Notes: generated by a model not told the origin, from the sequence alone. Shown: positions 1 through 9,703, counted from the stretch's first letter. The stretch: DNA of 64,000 bases from a bacterium (GCA_963674595.2 CAXXFV010000010.1:13777-77776); one strand, 5' to 3'. Program-made: numbers and translations.

Positions 1-3000
1 CAGGTGATTTGAGTCGTACAAGCGTTGAAATTCACTTTGGATAATAGCCAGTTTTTTTTCCGAGCTCATCTCATCAGTTATCGGTTTTAAATTGCCCAAA
101 TTTTTTAAGATTTGTTTGTTGGCGGCTTTGAGTTCTTCGGGGAAAACAATTTCATAAACAAGCCCATCAACAACAGATTCAAAGTAATTTGATAATGGCT
201 GTTCTTTTGATTTATCCCTGTACTCTCCCTTATAAAAACTTATGTAGTCAACAAGTTTCTCAATTTGTGAGTTAAAAAATTCTATCGGTTCAGGAATTGG
301 TAAATGTTCCAAAAAGGATTTCTTGTATCGATACTTGCCAACCAATTCTCCTCCAGCATAAAAAATTCGGAACAAAACCGTTATAAGTTCAGAGTTCAAC
401 AATGCTGTAAGCCATTTCAAGTTTTCACCGGTAATTAAGAAAGCTGTTGCTTCCGGATAATATCTTTGAGTGTCGTAATAGAATTGGGGTTCGGAAACTA
501 TTTCTGAAAAAACAATTTTCTCCTTCTCTACCTCTTCAAGAAACGCACAGTTTCTTAAATTAGTCCAATGGTCGCCTTTATCTGCTCTAGTTCTAATATT
601 TTTGGGGAAATTTTCTAAATACGAATACAATTCTGGAAATTCATATTGAACATCAATTCGCTTGATACCTCTTTTTTTATCACCATTATGCGTATTGACC
701 AAATAAAGATTGTGATAATTGCAATAATAACGCCTAGTATCCCTTCCTCTTAGTATTGGTTTTATAATAGTTCTAATTTTTTGATTTAATAATACAAGTT
801 CCTTTTTCTTATCTTCATTTATAATAAAAGCGTCATTGTAACCTGTTAAAATGCCTCTGTAAAAGCTTAAGTTCCATTTTTTAAGCTTGACACCCACTTT
901 TTCTAATTTCAACTTAATTTCAATCATTTCAGGACATGATATTGCCCATACTTCTTCATTAAAATAATCTAAATCAATAGAATTATCTCTAAAATATTTA
1001 ACCATTGAATTTAGTTTGGACTTGGAAAGTTGACATCCTCTGAATTCATTTTTAAAATTATCTCTTTGAAACAAAAGAATGCTGGAGTGAACAATAGCTG
1101 ATGAAAAAACCATTTCTTGGCCAAAATCAAAAAGTAGCTTAGGATTAGTTTTAGCTAAGAAGTACTTACGTGTTGAAGTCCCGTAATTTGCTCTAAGCCA
1201 TTTATTTGATGTAATGTAACATAAGTGTCCTCCTTTAGCTAATATTTTATTTCCAGTCTCATAAAACAATTCATAAATATCTCCGGATGAAGAAAATGTT
1301 TCAAAATTAATTTTAGATAAATTTTTCTTCAATTTTTCATCAAGCTTTGAAATTTGAATATATGGCGGATTTCCAATCACGATATCAAAACCTTCCCTTC
1401 GAGTCCGCTCAGGGTGGGCCTTCTGCGAAAAGACCTCCGCAAAGTAAACATTCCACAAAAAGAAATCTTTTGGCTTTCTGCCTTCGGTGTAGGCAGTTAA
1501 ATCTTTTTCAATTTGTTCAATATCAAAGCCAAGTTTTTTAGTAAGATTTTGTTTCTCTTCGGCAATATATTTTTCGCGTTGTTCTTCTTTTGGAAATTGT
1601 TTGGCCTTTTCTTCAATATTTTTTACCTGCTGAATATTGTCACTTATTTTTTCTTCAAATATTTTAATAATTGCTTTATCAATTTTATCTCGCAGTACTT
1701 TTTTAGTTTCGTTATCCGGCTCGTTTTGGTATTGGTGTTTCAACTCTTCAAATTCTTGAATCAATTTTTTGTGCTCTTCACTAACAGCACTATCTTTATT
1801 ATTTTGTATTTTTTTTAATTCGTTCTCTAATTTATTTATTGTTTTAGACAGTTTCTCTAACTCTTTTTTTAATTTTTGATCTTGTCTGTTTTCTGCATTT
1901 AATATTTTTATAAATTCAGATTGAACTTCTTTTTGTTTAATTTTTATATCATTTAGTTGTTCTTTTATTTCTTCTCTTTGAGACTTTATAGCCTCATTCT
2001 CATTCTTTTTATCATTAAAATCAATTCCGGCATAAGTAGAAATTAAGCTGTTGCCCTGCATCAGTTTAAAATCGAGATTGGGAAGCGGTTCAATTCCATA
2101 ATTGCTATCCGGCTTATCCCAGTCAATTTTTTCATCCACAAGTAGCGAAATAAAGAAACGGAGTTTTGCAATTTCAACTGCAATCTGCTGAATATCTACG
2201 CCGTAAATACATTTTTCAATTAAGTATAGTTTTCTGCCGTAGTCGGCATTTTTTTCTTTAAACTGCCTCTTAATCTGTTCAACAAGTTTACGCTGCACAA
2301 CAGAATCGCTGACAGATTTTTTAACTCCCTCAATTTGCGATTGCTTCCAGTATTCGTTTTTGAGATCGAGTTTACCCAAAATAAAAACAAGTTTATTCAG
2401 CATAGCCATCGGGAAAGCGCCCGAGCCGACTGCGGGATCAACAACTCTTAAATTGTTTATTAAATCGATTATTTTTTTTGTTGTTCCTTCATCAAACGGA
2501 TTTTCAGAGTTGCCAGCATTTATTAGGGATTCTAAATTTTCATCAATATTAGAACTGGTTTCCAAGTTTGTTTTAAAATATTGTTTCAGACTTTCATTAG
2601 TCATATAATTAACAATTTCGCGGGGAGTATAAAAACTGCCGGTAGCTTTTCGTGCGGTGGTGGAAGTCTCTGGGTTGTAGCTTGCAAGTAGATTTTCAAA
2701 AATAGAACCGAGCAGTTCGGGGTCAAGGGCAACTTCAACATCATCTGGTTCATTTTCATCAATCGTAAAGTTGTAACCGTTAAGTAAATTTATTAAACCT
2801 TCTACTTCATAAGTTTTGTTCTCATTCCCAAAGAAACTGCTGATGTCAACTTTTTCCGTTTCTGAAAAGAAAAGGAAATTTGGAACTTTTGGTTGTTGCT
2901 CTTTTGTTGCAGTAAAACCGTCAATATATTTTCTTTCATTTTTATCTTTGGTTTTATAATCCAAACATTCGAATAACCCACCGTTTAGAAATGGAATATT

Positions 3001-3924
3001 TCCAAACAACTTTTCAAGTATTGCCGAATCACTAAATAAATTTTGATAACGAAATACATTATGGTTACCATAATCCGGGTTGTAGCCTTTTGCTCCTCTA
3101 TCTTCGCTTCGGAATTTTCTCTCTTTTTGCTCTGTGTTCAGTGTTGCAAAAAAGAGATTTTGCAACACTGCTTTATAATATGTCGATTCTTCTTTTGAAA
3201 AATCTTTTAGCATTTTACTGATATTTTTTTCATCAAAAAGATCGGTTGGAATAAGATTACGTACTTTCATAAACCAGATAAACATAAGCCTGGTGATAAG
3301 CCTTATAATTGCAACTTCTCGGCCATTGGTTTCTTGTTCGGCATCTCTGGGAAATTCCACATTTTTAATAGCCCAAAAATACCAGCGCTGAAGTTTCTCG
3401 TAGAATTGTTTAGTAATTGGCTCAACACTAAAAGCCTCTTGTATACTATCTAAGCTATTAAAATCACATTTGGAAATTTGGTTAATGAAAGTTTTGTTTG
3501 TCTGCTTTGAGCTTACAAAATAGGTGTATCTTTTAAAATCTGTAAAATCTCTTTTTGCACCAAGAAAATTAACCCGAATTAAACTAAATCGGAAGTTTCC
3601 TCCATCATCATAAAATATAAAAAAGGCAGCGTCTTTATTTTCTTTTTTAAGAATTTTCTTTGCAATTTCATACTGTCCTTTTTTCCCGGTTTTCCCGGTT
3701 AGCGGCGTTAAAGTTTTTGCAGTAAAAACAAGAATGTCGTCTGTATTAGTTAAATCAGCTTCACCAATTTTTACAATGTCTTTGTAATTATCAGTTATAT
3801 ACTCATTTTCATCAAACAGATATTCATAATTTTCCACATCCAGTTTGAAAGTCTTAATTTCTTCTCGGAAAAAATATTTTAGATTGGTTACAGAAAAATT
3901 TTCAATTAAGGTACTTATTGTCAT
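1..3924 (-). CDS. Type IIG (Eco57I/TaqI-like) fused restriction-modification enzyme, N6-adenine MTase; 3' end runs off window
   Basis: Manual translation from ATG at 3924 (MTISTLIENF...). Motif X RKATGSFYTPREIV, motif I VVDPAVGSGAF (~2410-2445) and motif IV GFDIVIGNPPY (~1360-1392) are all in the same frame, which is still open at position 1. Absent from the ORF track, presumably because it has no stop in the window. Confidence 0.9.
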   Translation of the reverse strand, partial: MTISTLIENFSVTNLKYFFREEIKTFKLDVENYEYLFDENEYITDNYKDIVKIGEADLTNTDDILVFTAKTLTPLTGKTGKKGQYEIAKKILKKENKDAAFFIFYDDGGNFRFSLIRVNFLGAKRDFTDFKRYTYFVSSKQTNKTFINQISKCDFNSLDSIQEAFSVEPITKQFYEKLQRWYFWAIKNVEFPRDAEQETNGREVAIIRLITRLMFIWFMKVRNLIPTDLFDEKNISKMLKDFSKEESTYYKAVLQNLFFATLNTEQKERKFRSEDRGAKGYNPDYGNHNVFRYQNLFSDSAILEKLFGNIPFLNGGLFECLDYKTKDKNERKYIDGFTATKEQQPKVPNFLFFSETEKVDISSFFGNENKTYEVEGLINLLNGYNFTIDENEPDDVEVALDPELLGSIFENLLASYNPETSTTARKATGSFYTPREIVNYMTNESLKQYFKTNLETSSNIDENLESLINAGNSENPFDEGTTKKIIDLINNLRVVDPAVGSGAFPMAMLNKLVFILGKLDLKNEYWKQSQIEGVKKSVSDSVVQRKLVEQIKRQFKEKNADYGRKLYLIEKCIYGVDIQQIAVEIAKLRFFISLLVDEKIDWDKPDSNYGIEPLPNLDFKLMQGNSLISTYAGIDFNDKKNENEAIKSQREEIKEQLNDIKIKQKEVQSEFIKILNAENRQDQKLKKELEKLSKTINKLENELKKIQNNKDSAVSEEHKKLIQEFEELKHQYQNEPDNETKKVLRDKIDKAIIKIFEEKISDNIQQVKNIEEKAKQFPKEEQREKYIAEEKQNLTKKLGFDIEQIEKDLTAYTEGRKPKDFFLWNVYFAEVFSQKAHPERTRREGFDIVIGNPPYIQISKLDEKLKKNLSKINFETFSSSGDIYELFYETGNKILAKGGHLCYITSNKWLRANYGTSTRKYFLAKTNPKLLFDFGQEMVFSSAIVHSSILLFQRDNFKNEFRGCQLSKSKLNSMVKYFRDNSIDLDYFNEEVWAISCPEMIEIKLKLEKVGVKLKKWNLSFYRGILTGYNDAFIINEDKKKELVLLNQKIRTIIKPILRGRDTRRYYCNYHNLYLVNTHNGDKKRGIKRIDVQYEFPELYSYLENFPKNIRTRADKGDHWTNLRNCAFLEEVEKEKIVFSEIVSEPQFYYDTQRYYPEATAFLITGENLKWLTALLNSELITVLFRIFYAGGELVGKYRYKKSFLEHLPIPEPIEFFNSQIEKLVDYISFYKGEYRDKSKEQPLSNYFESVVDGLVYEIVFPEELKAANKQILKNLGNLKPITDEMSSEKKLAIIQSEFQRLYDSNHL
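1395..1414. repeat. REP-like palindromic unit embedded in-frame in the R-M gene
   Basis: GC-rich CCCTTCGAGTCCGCTCAGGG in AT-rich context, read as AHPERTRRE just before GFDIVIGNPPY. It resembles the widespread CCCTTCGAC...GCTCAGGG repeat family. Confidence 0.5.
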
Positions 3925-3991
3925 GAGTAATTTCCAAATATGTTAGTTTTAATACAATTTTTGATATTACGTTTTTTTCTTTTAATATTGT

Positions 3992-4124
3992 GCATAACGG
4001 TTCGGCTATGGCAAGTCGCGATTTACAGAGCACGTTCTTGTCGGCCGAGACAAGAACGCCTACGAGAACCGGAACGCCCAAAACCCAACTTCACCCGCCA
4101 TTGGCTATAGCTTTGTTACCAGCC
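3992..4124 (-). other. attC-like integron recombination site
   Basis: Minus strand: GGCTGGTAAC starts 4 nt after the stop of 4129-4767; arms GCTATAGCCAA / TTGCCATAGC; internal hairpin CGTTCTTGTC..GACAAGAACG; ends in GTTATGC (3992-3998). Confidence 0.8.
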
Positions 4125-4128
4125 GTAT

Positions 4129-4767
4129 TTATTCTTTATTTGAATCTGACTTCCATTTTTCAAGTGATTTAATAAACCTTTTTGTCAATAGATCATTTGA
4201 GTCAGAAAGTGCTTTAATTATATCGTCAAATGAAATTATTGATTTTTTATTTTCCTTATTCAATGGTTGTATGTAAATTATTGTTGGCTCAGTCTCTATG
4301 TCTAGATTCTTAATAATTTCTTTGTCCCTTTCAATCCAACCAATTTTTTCAATCTTGTCAAGTAAGTTATTGTATTTAACTTTATGATTTGTTGCGCTAT
4401 AAATTTTCAGTAGTCCGCTTACAAGTCCTTTTACTTTAATTTTTGAAGCACTTTCTAAATACCAGTCTTGTTTTTCTCTACGTGACCTTTGGTCCGTTTT
4501 AAGTTCAATTAAATATACTTTGTTCTCGTTTTTTGAATAAGTCAGATAGTCAATTTTGAATGACTTATTCAATTCAGGATGTGTTGCAGAAATTTCTCCA
4601 ACCCTTACCGAAAATTCAGGTATTATAAAATCAATTTTTACCTTGATTACTTTTTCAATGATTTTGTCAAGATGAATTGCGAAAAAGATGTCTGCTCTTC
4701 TTTCTAGTTGATACGCTGGTAAATTTCTCCAATCGTCAAGTAAGTCAAAAAGTCTATTTATGGTCAT
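4129..4767 (-). CDS. PD-(D/E)XK-like nuclease, gene cassette
   Basis: E...KIDYL...YLIELKTD motif. Flanked by GTTACCAGCC (4785-4794) upstream and its exact complement GGCTGGTAAC (4115-4124) downstream. Confidence 0.7.
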   Translation of the reverse strand: MTINRLFDLLDDWRNLPAYQLERRADIFFAIHLDKIIEKVIKVKIDFIIPEFSVRVGEISATHPELNKSFKIDYLTYSKNENKVYLIELKTDQRSRREKQDWYLESASKIKVKGLVSGLLKIYSATNHKVKYNNLLDKIEKIGWIERDKEIIKNLDIETEPTIIYIQPLNKENKKSIISFDDIIKALSDSNDLLTKRFIKSLEKWKSDSNKE

Positions 4768-4787
4768 TTTCTCTTTTTTTATATGGC

Positions 4788-5022
4788 TGGTAACGGTTGT
4801 GTATAATCATTGTTCTTATTCCTCCGATTCAGGAGCATAAAGACAATTGTTTATGTCTATTTCTTAAAATTAATTATAGTACCTTTCACTCCCACCACTA
4901 AAAAATCCTCAAATTTTCAAATAAGTATTTTTTATTGTAATGGATAATTTTAAAAAAGTCAAGTGTCGATTAAAAAATTTTTAAAACATTGATTTATTCA
5001 ATAAATAATACAACGGTTATTT
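4788..5022 (-). other. Long, degenerate attC-like site
   Basis: AAATAAC overlaps the stop of 5022-5855; CGTTGTATTATTTATTG is imperfectly complementary to CAATGATTATACACAACC; ends in GTTACCA. Confidence 0.5.
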
Positions 5023-5855
5023 TATTTATGCTTTTCAAGTTCACTAATTATTTCTGAACAATCAATTTTGCTCTTCTCCATTTTCTTTACAATTTCCCAC
5101 GCTTCGTCATATTTTTTTTGTTCTAAATAAACAAGTGCAAGATTATAATTAGCTTCTTTCGAATCTTTATTTCTTAGTAAAGCAATTTTAAACTTTTCTT
5201 CAGCTTCATCGAATTTTTTTTGTTCATATAATTCTACACCTTTATTAAGCAAGTCATTAACACGAACAAGCGGATCAAAACCATATTTATTTAAACCGTT
5301 TGTACCTTTTTTAAAAAGTAATAAAAGTTGCAAATAGAAATTATAAATAGGTATAAAAAGTAACCAAAATTGTCTCCCTGGTCGTTCAATATCATGGAGT
5401 CGTTTAATTACAGTAATTGATTGTAGAAACAACATTATAATAAAACTAGTTATATAAATAGGTAATAATATAATATTATCCAAGTCTCCTATTAACCACA
5501 TAGATATAAAAATTACAATGAACAATGCAATCCCAATAATTGCGTTCAACATATAATATTCTGACCGGCTAATTCGGCCGTTAAACAATGATTTCTTTTT
5601 ATTATTTAGTATATCATCAAGGCTATAGGGAATTTGTACGTTCTCATCTACTTCATTATTTGAGAGTTCAGTAACTGTTTCATTTTTTTCCTTTTTCTGT
5701 ATATCTTCTTCAAAGAATTTACCATTACATTTTTTTGTAAACACTTTTGGATTACTTGGAATGTTTTCATGAATTTCACTGCAAACACCAAGTGTTGAGT
5801 TATAGTTGATACATAGAGGACAAAAATCACTAAAAGATTTCATTTCTTCACTCAT
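5022..5855 (-). CDS. DUF805-type inner-membrane protein with N-terminal Cys motif and C-terminal TPR
   Basis: FNGRISRSEY...IKRLHDIERPG...GTNGLNKYG is the DUF805 pattern; EANYNLALVYLEQKKYDEA is TPR-like; RBS AGGAGAGG. Confidence 0.8.
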   Translation of the reverse strand: MSEEMKSFSDFCPLCINYNSTLGVCSEIHENIPSNPKVFTKKCNGKFFEEDIQKKEKNETVTELSNNEVDENVQIPYSLDDILNNKKKSLFNGRISRSEYYMLNAIIGIALFIVIFISMWLIGDLDNIILLPIYITSFIIMLFLQSITVIKRLHDIERPGRQFWLLFIPIYNFYLQLLLLFKKGTNGLNKYGFDPLVRVNDLLNKGVELYEQKKFDEAEEKFKIALLRNKDSKEANYNLALVYLEQKKYDEAWEIVKKMEKSKIDCSEIISELEKHK

Positions 5856-6041
5856 TTTACCTCTCCTATTCGATGTTAATTATCGTTGACATAGTTTATC
5901 TTCCATATTACCGCGCATTCCTTTGTCCATATATAGAAAAAACGGCTGCATTTATAACCTTGCTTGTTTTCCTATATCTGGGCATTTTTTAATTCCCTTC
6001 CAAATCAGATAAACAAATCCGAATTTACGATAAACCAGTGC

Positions 6042-6272
6042 ACCCAACCCAAAAATTTTGACTGTGAAATAACAGGAATGTGATTTTGTGAGCAACTCAA
6101 TCTCTTCCTCGTGTGTTTTTTTTTGAATTCCATTTATATGTGTAGAAAATCAGCTAAAGGGCATCAGGAGTTCCCATGCTCGACCAAATCATCCTAAAAA
6201 ACAGTCCTTTATGACTAATAAAATTATTATACAAATTTTGTTGACCCCGTGCAAGTGGTTTCTAAAGAATTT
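6042..6272 (-). promoter_or_regulatory. Array leader copy 1: sigma70 promoter, uORF, candidate attI-like GTT site
   Basis: TTGCAC(6254-6249)-17bp-TATAAT(6231-6226); uORF MIWSSMGTPDAL* 6192-6154; GTTATTT 6073-6067; GTTGGGT 6048-6042. Homologous to 38139-38370. Confidence 0.7.
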
Positions 6273-6350
6273 CACAATTTTTTCTCGCACGAAATGTGCT
6301 GTTTATAGTTATGAAGCTAAAAATTATAGATAAAAAAACTCAGTTTCCTC

Positions 6351-6470
6351 TTGCGTTTTTTCCGTTTTTAGCATATAATTAATAAACATATCTATCGGAG
6401 GGAATTCAATGTTGAAAGCATTTTAGAAAAGGCGTTTTTACTGCAAGTCAGGTGAATGCCTTTTTGCGTT
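6351..6470 (+). promoter_or_regulatory. sigma70 promoter with possible attenuator leader for the Roc-COR gene
   Basis: TTGCGT(6351)-17bp-TATAAT(6374-6379); GGAGG then mini-ORF MLKAF* (6409-6426); hairpin AAAAGGCGTT...AATGCCTTTTT. Confidence 0.5.
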
Positions 6471-6564
6471 TTGGGTGGGATAAATTTATAAATAATTGCA
6501 TTAATAAGGTAATTAGGTCGAAAAATAATAGGTAGATTGCCACTTTAGAAAAAGGTAAAATGTA

Positions 6565-9207
6565 ATGAAAGATGAAGAGTTTAAGAAAAAATTAAATGAA
6601 GAAACAAGAAAACTTTCTAAAATGCAAACGACGGATTTCGCATGGCGTTGTGCTGTGCGTGCTTTGCCATTTCTCGCGATTAATGGTAATTTCAACTTTT
6701 GGGATGAACAAAATAGAAAAAATCATATCTATAGTATATTCTATGCATTAGATATAAGTGTCTCCAGTGTCGCCGCCAACACCGCCTATGACGCTGCTAA
6801 CGCCGCTAACGCCGCCGCCCACGACGTCGTCCATTTTGTCGACTACAATGCCGCCAACGACGCCACCTACGTCGTCGCCTACGCCGTCGCCAACGCCGCC
6901 AACGTCGCCGCCAACACCGCCAACACCGCCGACTTCGCCGCCGCCAACGCCGCCTACGCCGCCGCCAATGCCGCCAACCACACCACCAACGCCGCCAACA
7001 TCGCCGACTTGGTCATCGGCAAAGCCTCTGACTACGCCCCAAAAAGAATAAAAATAGAATCAATAATTTTACAGGATTTGAAATACTTGCAGGGTGGAAA
7101 AGAACAATTCACATCAATAGAATGGTATGGCGTTATATGGTATAATTTTCAAAAAGCTCTTGAAGCCGAAGGATGTGCATATTGGGGTAAATTATATAAA
7201 AATATTTTCGACAATCAATTTATAATGGACAAAGAAGCCCTTAAAAGGCGTCTGAGCGTCCCTAAAGAAATACAAGCACAGGGCGCTGCAGCGGTCGCTA
7301 GTTATTTAGAAGAAATCGAAAAAAAAGGTGCCGAACAACTTAACGAGGCCCGTATTATCATACTCGGAGATAAAGGGTCCGGTAAGACCTGCATAGCGCG
7401 AAGATTAGTTAATCCTAATGCTCCAATGACGAAAGAAAATGAAAGTACACCTGGTGTTGAAACTACTTTCTGGAAATTGGAAAAAGATAATATAAATGTA
7501 CGTATCTGGGATTTTGCCGGGCATGTTGTTACTCACGCTGTTCATCAATTTTTTCTTTCAGAACGCTGTTTATATATTATTGTTTACAACGGGCGTACCG
7601 ACAATCAAAACCAGAATGGAAATGAATTGCAATATTGGTTAGATCACATGAAAAACTATGGCGGAGATTCTAAAGCAATAATTCTTGTTAATAAACGAGA
7701 CCAACATCGTGTTGAAATTCCAATTAATTTTCTCAAGGAACAATATCCTATCATAAATCATTATACATTTTCTATTAAAAAAGATAAAAAGGAATTAGAA
7801 ACTTTTCGAACAGATGTTGCTCAATATATAAAAAACAATCTTTCCTGGGAAAATCAAATAATACCGAAAAGCTATTTTGAAGTCAAAGAGAGATTAGAAG
7901 AACTTTTTAAAGGTATAAACAGAGAATCAACAGATTTTATTACCAAAGAAAAATTCATAAAGATAGCAGAAAATATTGATAAAAGTAAACAAGATGAATT
8001 ATTAAAAGACCTGCATTTTCTGGGCGTTGGATTATGGTATGAAAACATGGAGGATTATAATACTCTGGTACTTAATCCGGAATGGATCAGTCACGGTGTT
8101 TATAAAATCATCAATTGGGTACATAATGAAAAACAACATTCTCTGGGTTTGGCTGATTTTGAACAGGTCTTTAAGAATGAAGCCAACCGCTATCCCAAAG
8201 ACAAACATGAATTTCTATACAAGTTGATGATACACTATGAACTTGCCTATGAAACAGACGGCAAAGACTGTTTAATCATTCCCCATTTGTTAAAAGAAGA
8301 CCGTCCTGAAAATCTGCCTGATTTCCCTGTTGGTGAAAGTTTAATGTTACGCTATAAAGCGGACCAACCTTTGCCCCCGAATACCATTTCCCGTTTTATT
8401 GTTCGTCATAATCATGAGATCAAAAAAGAAAAATCCTGCTATTGTGTTTGGCGATATGGAGTTGTACTAGAAGATAGTAAAGGAACAACTGCATTAGTAC
8501 GGGAAGAAGATCGAACTATTAACGTTTCCGTAAAAGGTAAGAACAAGACAAACTATATCAGCACATTAAGAGATACTTTGAATGACATTTTTAAAAGTTA
8601 TAAGAGTAAAATACCTGACCTTCAATATCGCATAGTACGTTTTGGGGAAATTCCGAAAGAAATAGAGAAAGAGAATCCTTTATGGTTATCAGAAAAAAAC
8701 ATTTTTTATCATTTTCTCAGAAGAACCCCTTTTTATGATGCCGTAACAGGACAATATATTGATCTAAAATCCATAATTGATAAATTAGAAATCAACATTA
8801 AAAATTTGACTTTAGGGAGTGGCGATATTATAGATAATTCAATACATAATACTTTTAATTTTCAAAATTGCAATATCAACTTACAGAGTAATTTAAATGA
8901 ATTAGCCCGATTATTTAAAAAAACGGGTAATTTGGAAGAAGCGGAAGAACTCGAATATACTGCAGAAGTATTAGATGAGGCTAAACAACTTCAAAAAGAT
9001 GAAATCAAGAAAAAAGGTGTTTTTAATAACGTGAGACGCTTTTTAGAAGATTTAGGCGACGATAAATCCAAACTGCATAAAACAGTTAAAGGACTAAAGC
9101 GAGGAATTAGTATTGCCCAAGATATAGCAAAAACATATAACGATATTGCACAATGGGCTGGGTTACCTCAAGTACCAAAACCATTTTTAAAGAAGGAAGA
9201 TAAATAA
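6565..9207 (+). CDS. Roc-COR GTPase protein lacking LRRs, with Ala/Asn-rich N-terminal repeat
   Basis: G1 GDKGSGKT, G3 WDFAGH, G4 NKRD; COR-like LKDLHFLGVGLWY...LVLNPEWISHGVY and IIPHLL motifs. Confidence 0.85.
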   Translation: MKDEEFKKKLNEETRKLSKMQTTDFAWRCAVRALPFLAINGNFNFWDEQNRKNHIYSIFYALDISVSSVAANTAYDAANAANAAAHDVVHFVDYNAANDATYVVAYAVANAANVAANTANTADFAAANAAYAAANAANHTTNAANIADLVIGKASDYAPKRIKIESIILQDLKYLQGGKEQFTSIEWYGVIWYNFQKALEAEGCAYWGKLYKNIFDNQFIMDKEALKRRLSVPKEIQAQGAAAVASYLEEIEKKGAEQLNEARIIILGDKGSGKTCIARRLVNPNAPMTKENESTPGVETTFWKLEKDNINVRIWDFAGHVVTHAVHQFFLSERCLYIIVYNGRTDNQNQNGNELQYWLDHMKNYGGDSKAIILVNKRDQHRVEIPINFLKEQYPIINHYTFSIKKDKKELETFRTDVAQYIKNNLSWENQIIPKSYFEVKERLEELFKGINRESTDFITKEKFIKIAENIDKSKQDELLKDLHFLGVGLWYENMEDYNTLVLNPEWISHGVYKIINWVHNEKQHSLGLADFEQVFKNEANRYPKDKHEFLYKLMIHYELAYETDGKDCLIIPHLLKEDRPENLPDFPVGESLMLRYKADQPLPPNTISRFIVRHNHEIKKEKSCYCVWRYGVVLEDSKGTTALVREEDRTINVSVKGKNKTNYISTLRDTLNDIFKSYKSKIPDLQYRIVRFGEIPKEIEKENPLWLSEKNIFYHFLRRTPFYDAVTGQYIDLKSIIDKLEINIKNLTLGSGDIIDNSIHNTFNFQNCNINLQSNLNELARLFKKTGNLEEAEELEYTAEVLDEAKQLQKDEIKKKGVFNNVRRFLEDLGDDKSKLHKTVKGLKRGISIAQDIAKTYNDIAQWAGLPQVPKPFLKKEDK
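6767..7020 (+). repeat. Degenerate (GCC/NNC)n trinucleotide tract within the Roc-COR gene
   Basis: ~85 codons almost all ending in C/T (GCC, AAC, TAC, GAC, GTC, ACC); a GC-rich island in an AT-rich gene. Confidence 0.85.
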
Positions 9208-9270
9208 CAACATCTTATTATATAAAAAATGAATTATAACCATTTGATTTATTTAAATATATGGCAAATC

Positions 9271-9299
9271 AAAAGCCCCATTTTCACAGGGCTTTTTTT
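9271..9299. terminator. Bidirectional intrinsic terminator between Roc-COR and the phage late operon
   Basis: AAAAGCCC-cattttcaca-GGGCTTTTTTT between convergent genes. Confidence 0.75.
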
Positions 9300-9309
9300 A
9301 TAAAAGATT

Positions 9310-9651
9310 TTATTCGGCCAGTACATCTTCAACAGTTTCAACCGCTTCCTCAACAGGCCGCTCCCAATCCGCTAATTCAGGCAATGGCCAACCGCCTTCC
9401 TGCGCTGTATCTTCACACAACGCCATAAAGGTTTTGTAGCCTTTGTCATCTGTGGTTGTTTTACTCTGCTCGACCAAATCCTTAAGCCAAATCCTGGCCG
9501 AGATATAACCTTCCTGAACGATTTTGATCTCACGATCATTCAACTTTTCACCTTTGACATATTTATCAAGAATGGTTTGAGCAATATCAATAGAATAGTT
9601 GATTAGCCACTCTGTTGGTAGGGCCGATACTGCTGATGTTAAAATAGACAT
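9310..9651 (-). CDS. Hypothetical phage protein (lysis module)
   Basis: 113-aa ORF with RBS AGAAAGGA, last gene before the terminator. Confidence 0.65.
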   Translation of the reverse strand: MSILTSAVSALPTEWLINYSIDIAQTILDKYVKGEKLNDREIKIVQEGYISARIWLKDLVEQSKTTTDDKGYKTFMALCEDTAQEGGWPLPELADWERPVEEAVETVEDVLAE

Positions 9652-9703
9652 GTAATTGATCCTTTCTGTGTTTGTTTATTGTGAATTAATAAAGAGATAA
9701 TGT

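Noticed and set aside
3990-4172. 60-aa plus-strand ORF
   Set aside because: It coincides with the GC-rich attC site; no RBS or protein features.
6767-7020. AAC/NNC-rich tract as a DGR template or variable repeat
   Set aside because: No reverse transcriptase and no second copy differing only at adenines in the window; better explained as a degenerate GCC microsatellite.
6748-7051. Gly/Val-rich and Pro/Thr-rich ORFs (6748-6981, 6758-7051)
   Set aside because: Alternative-frame shadows of the trinucleotide tract.
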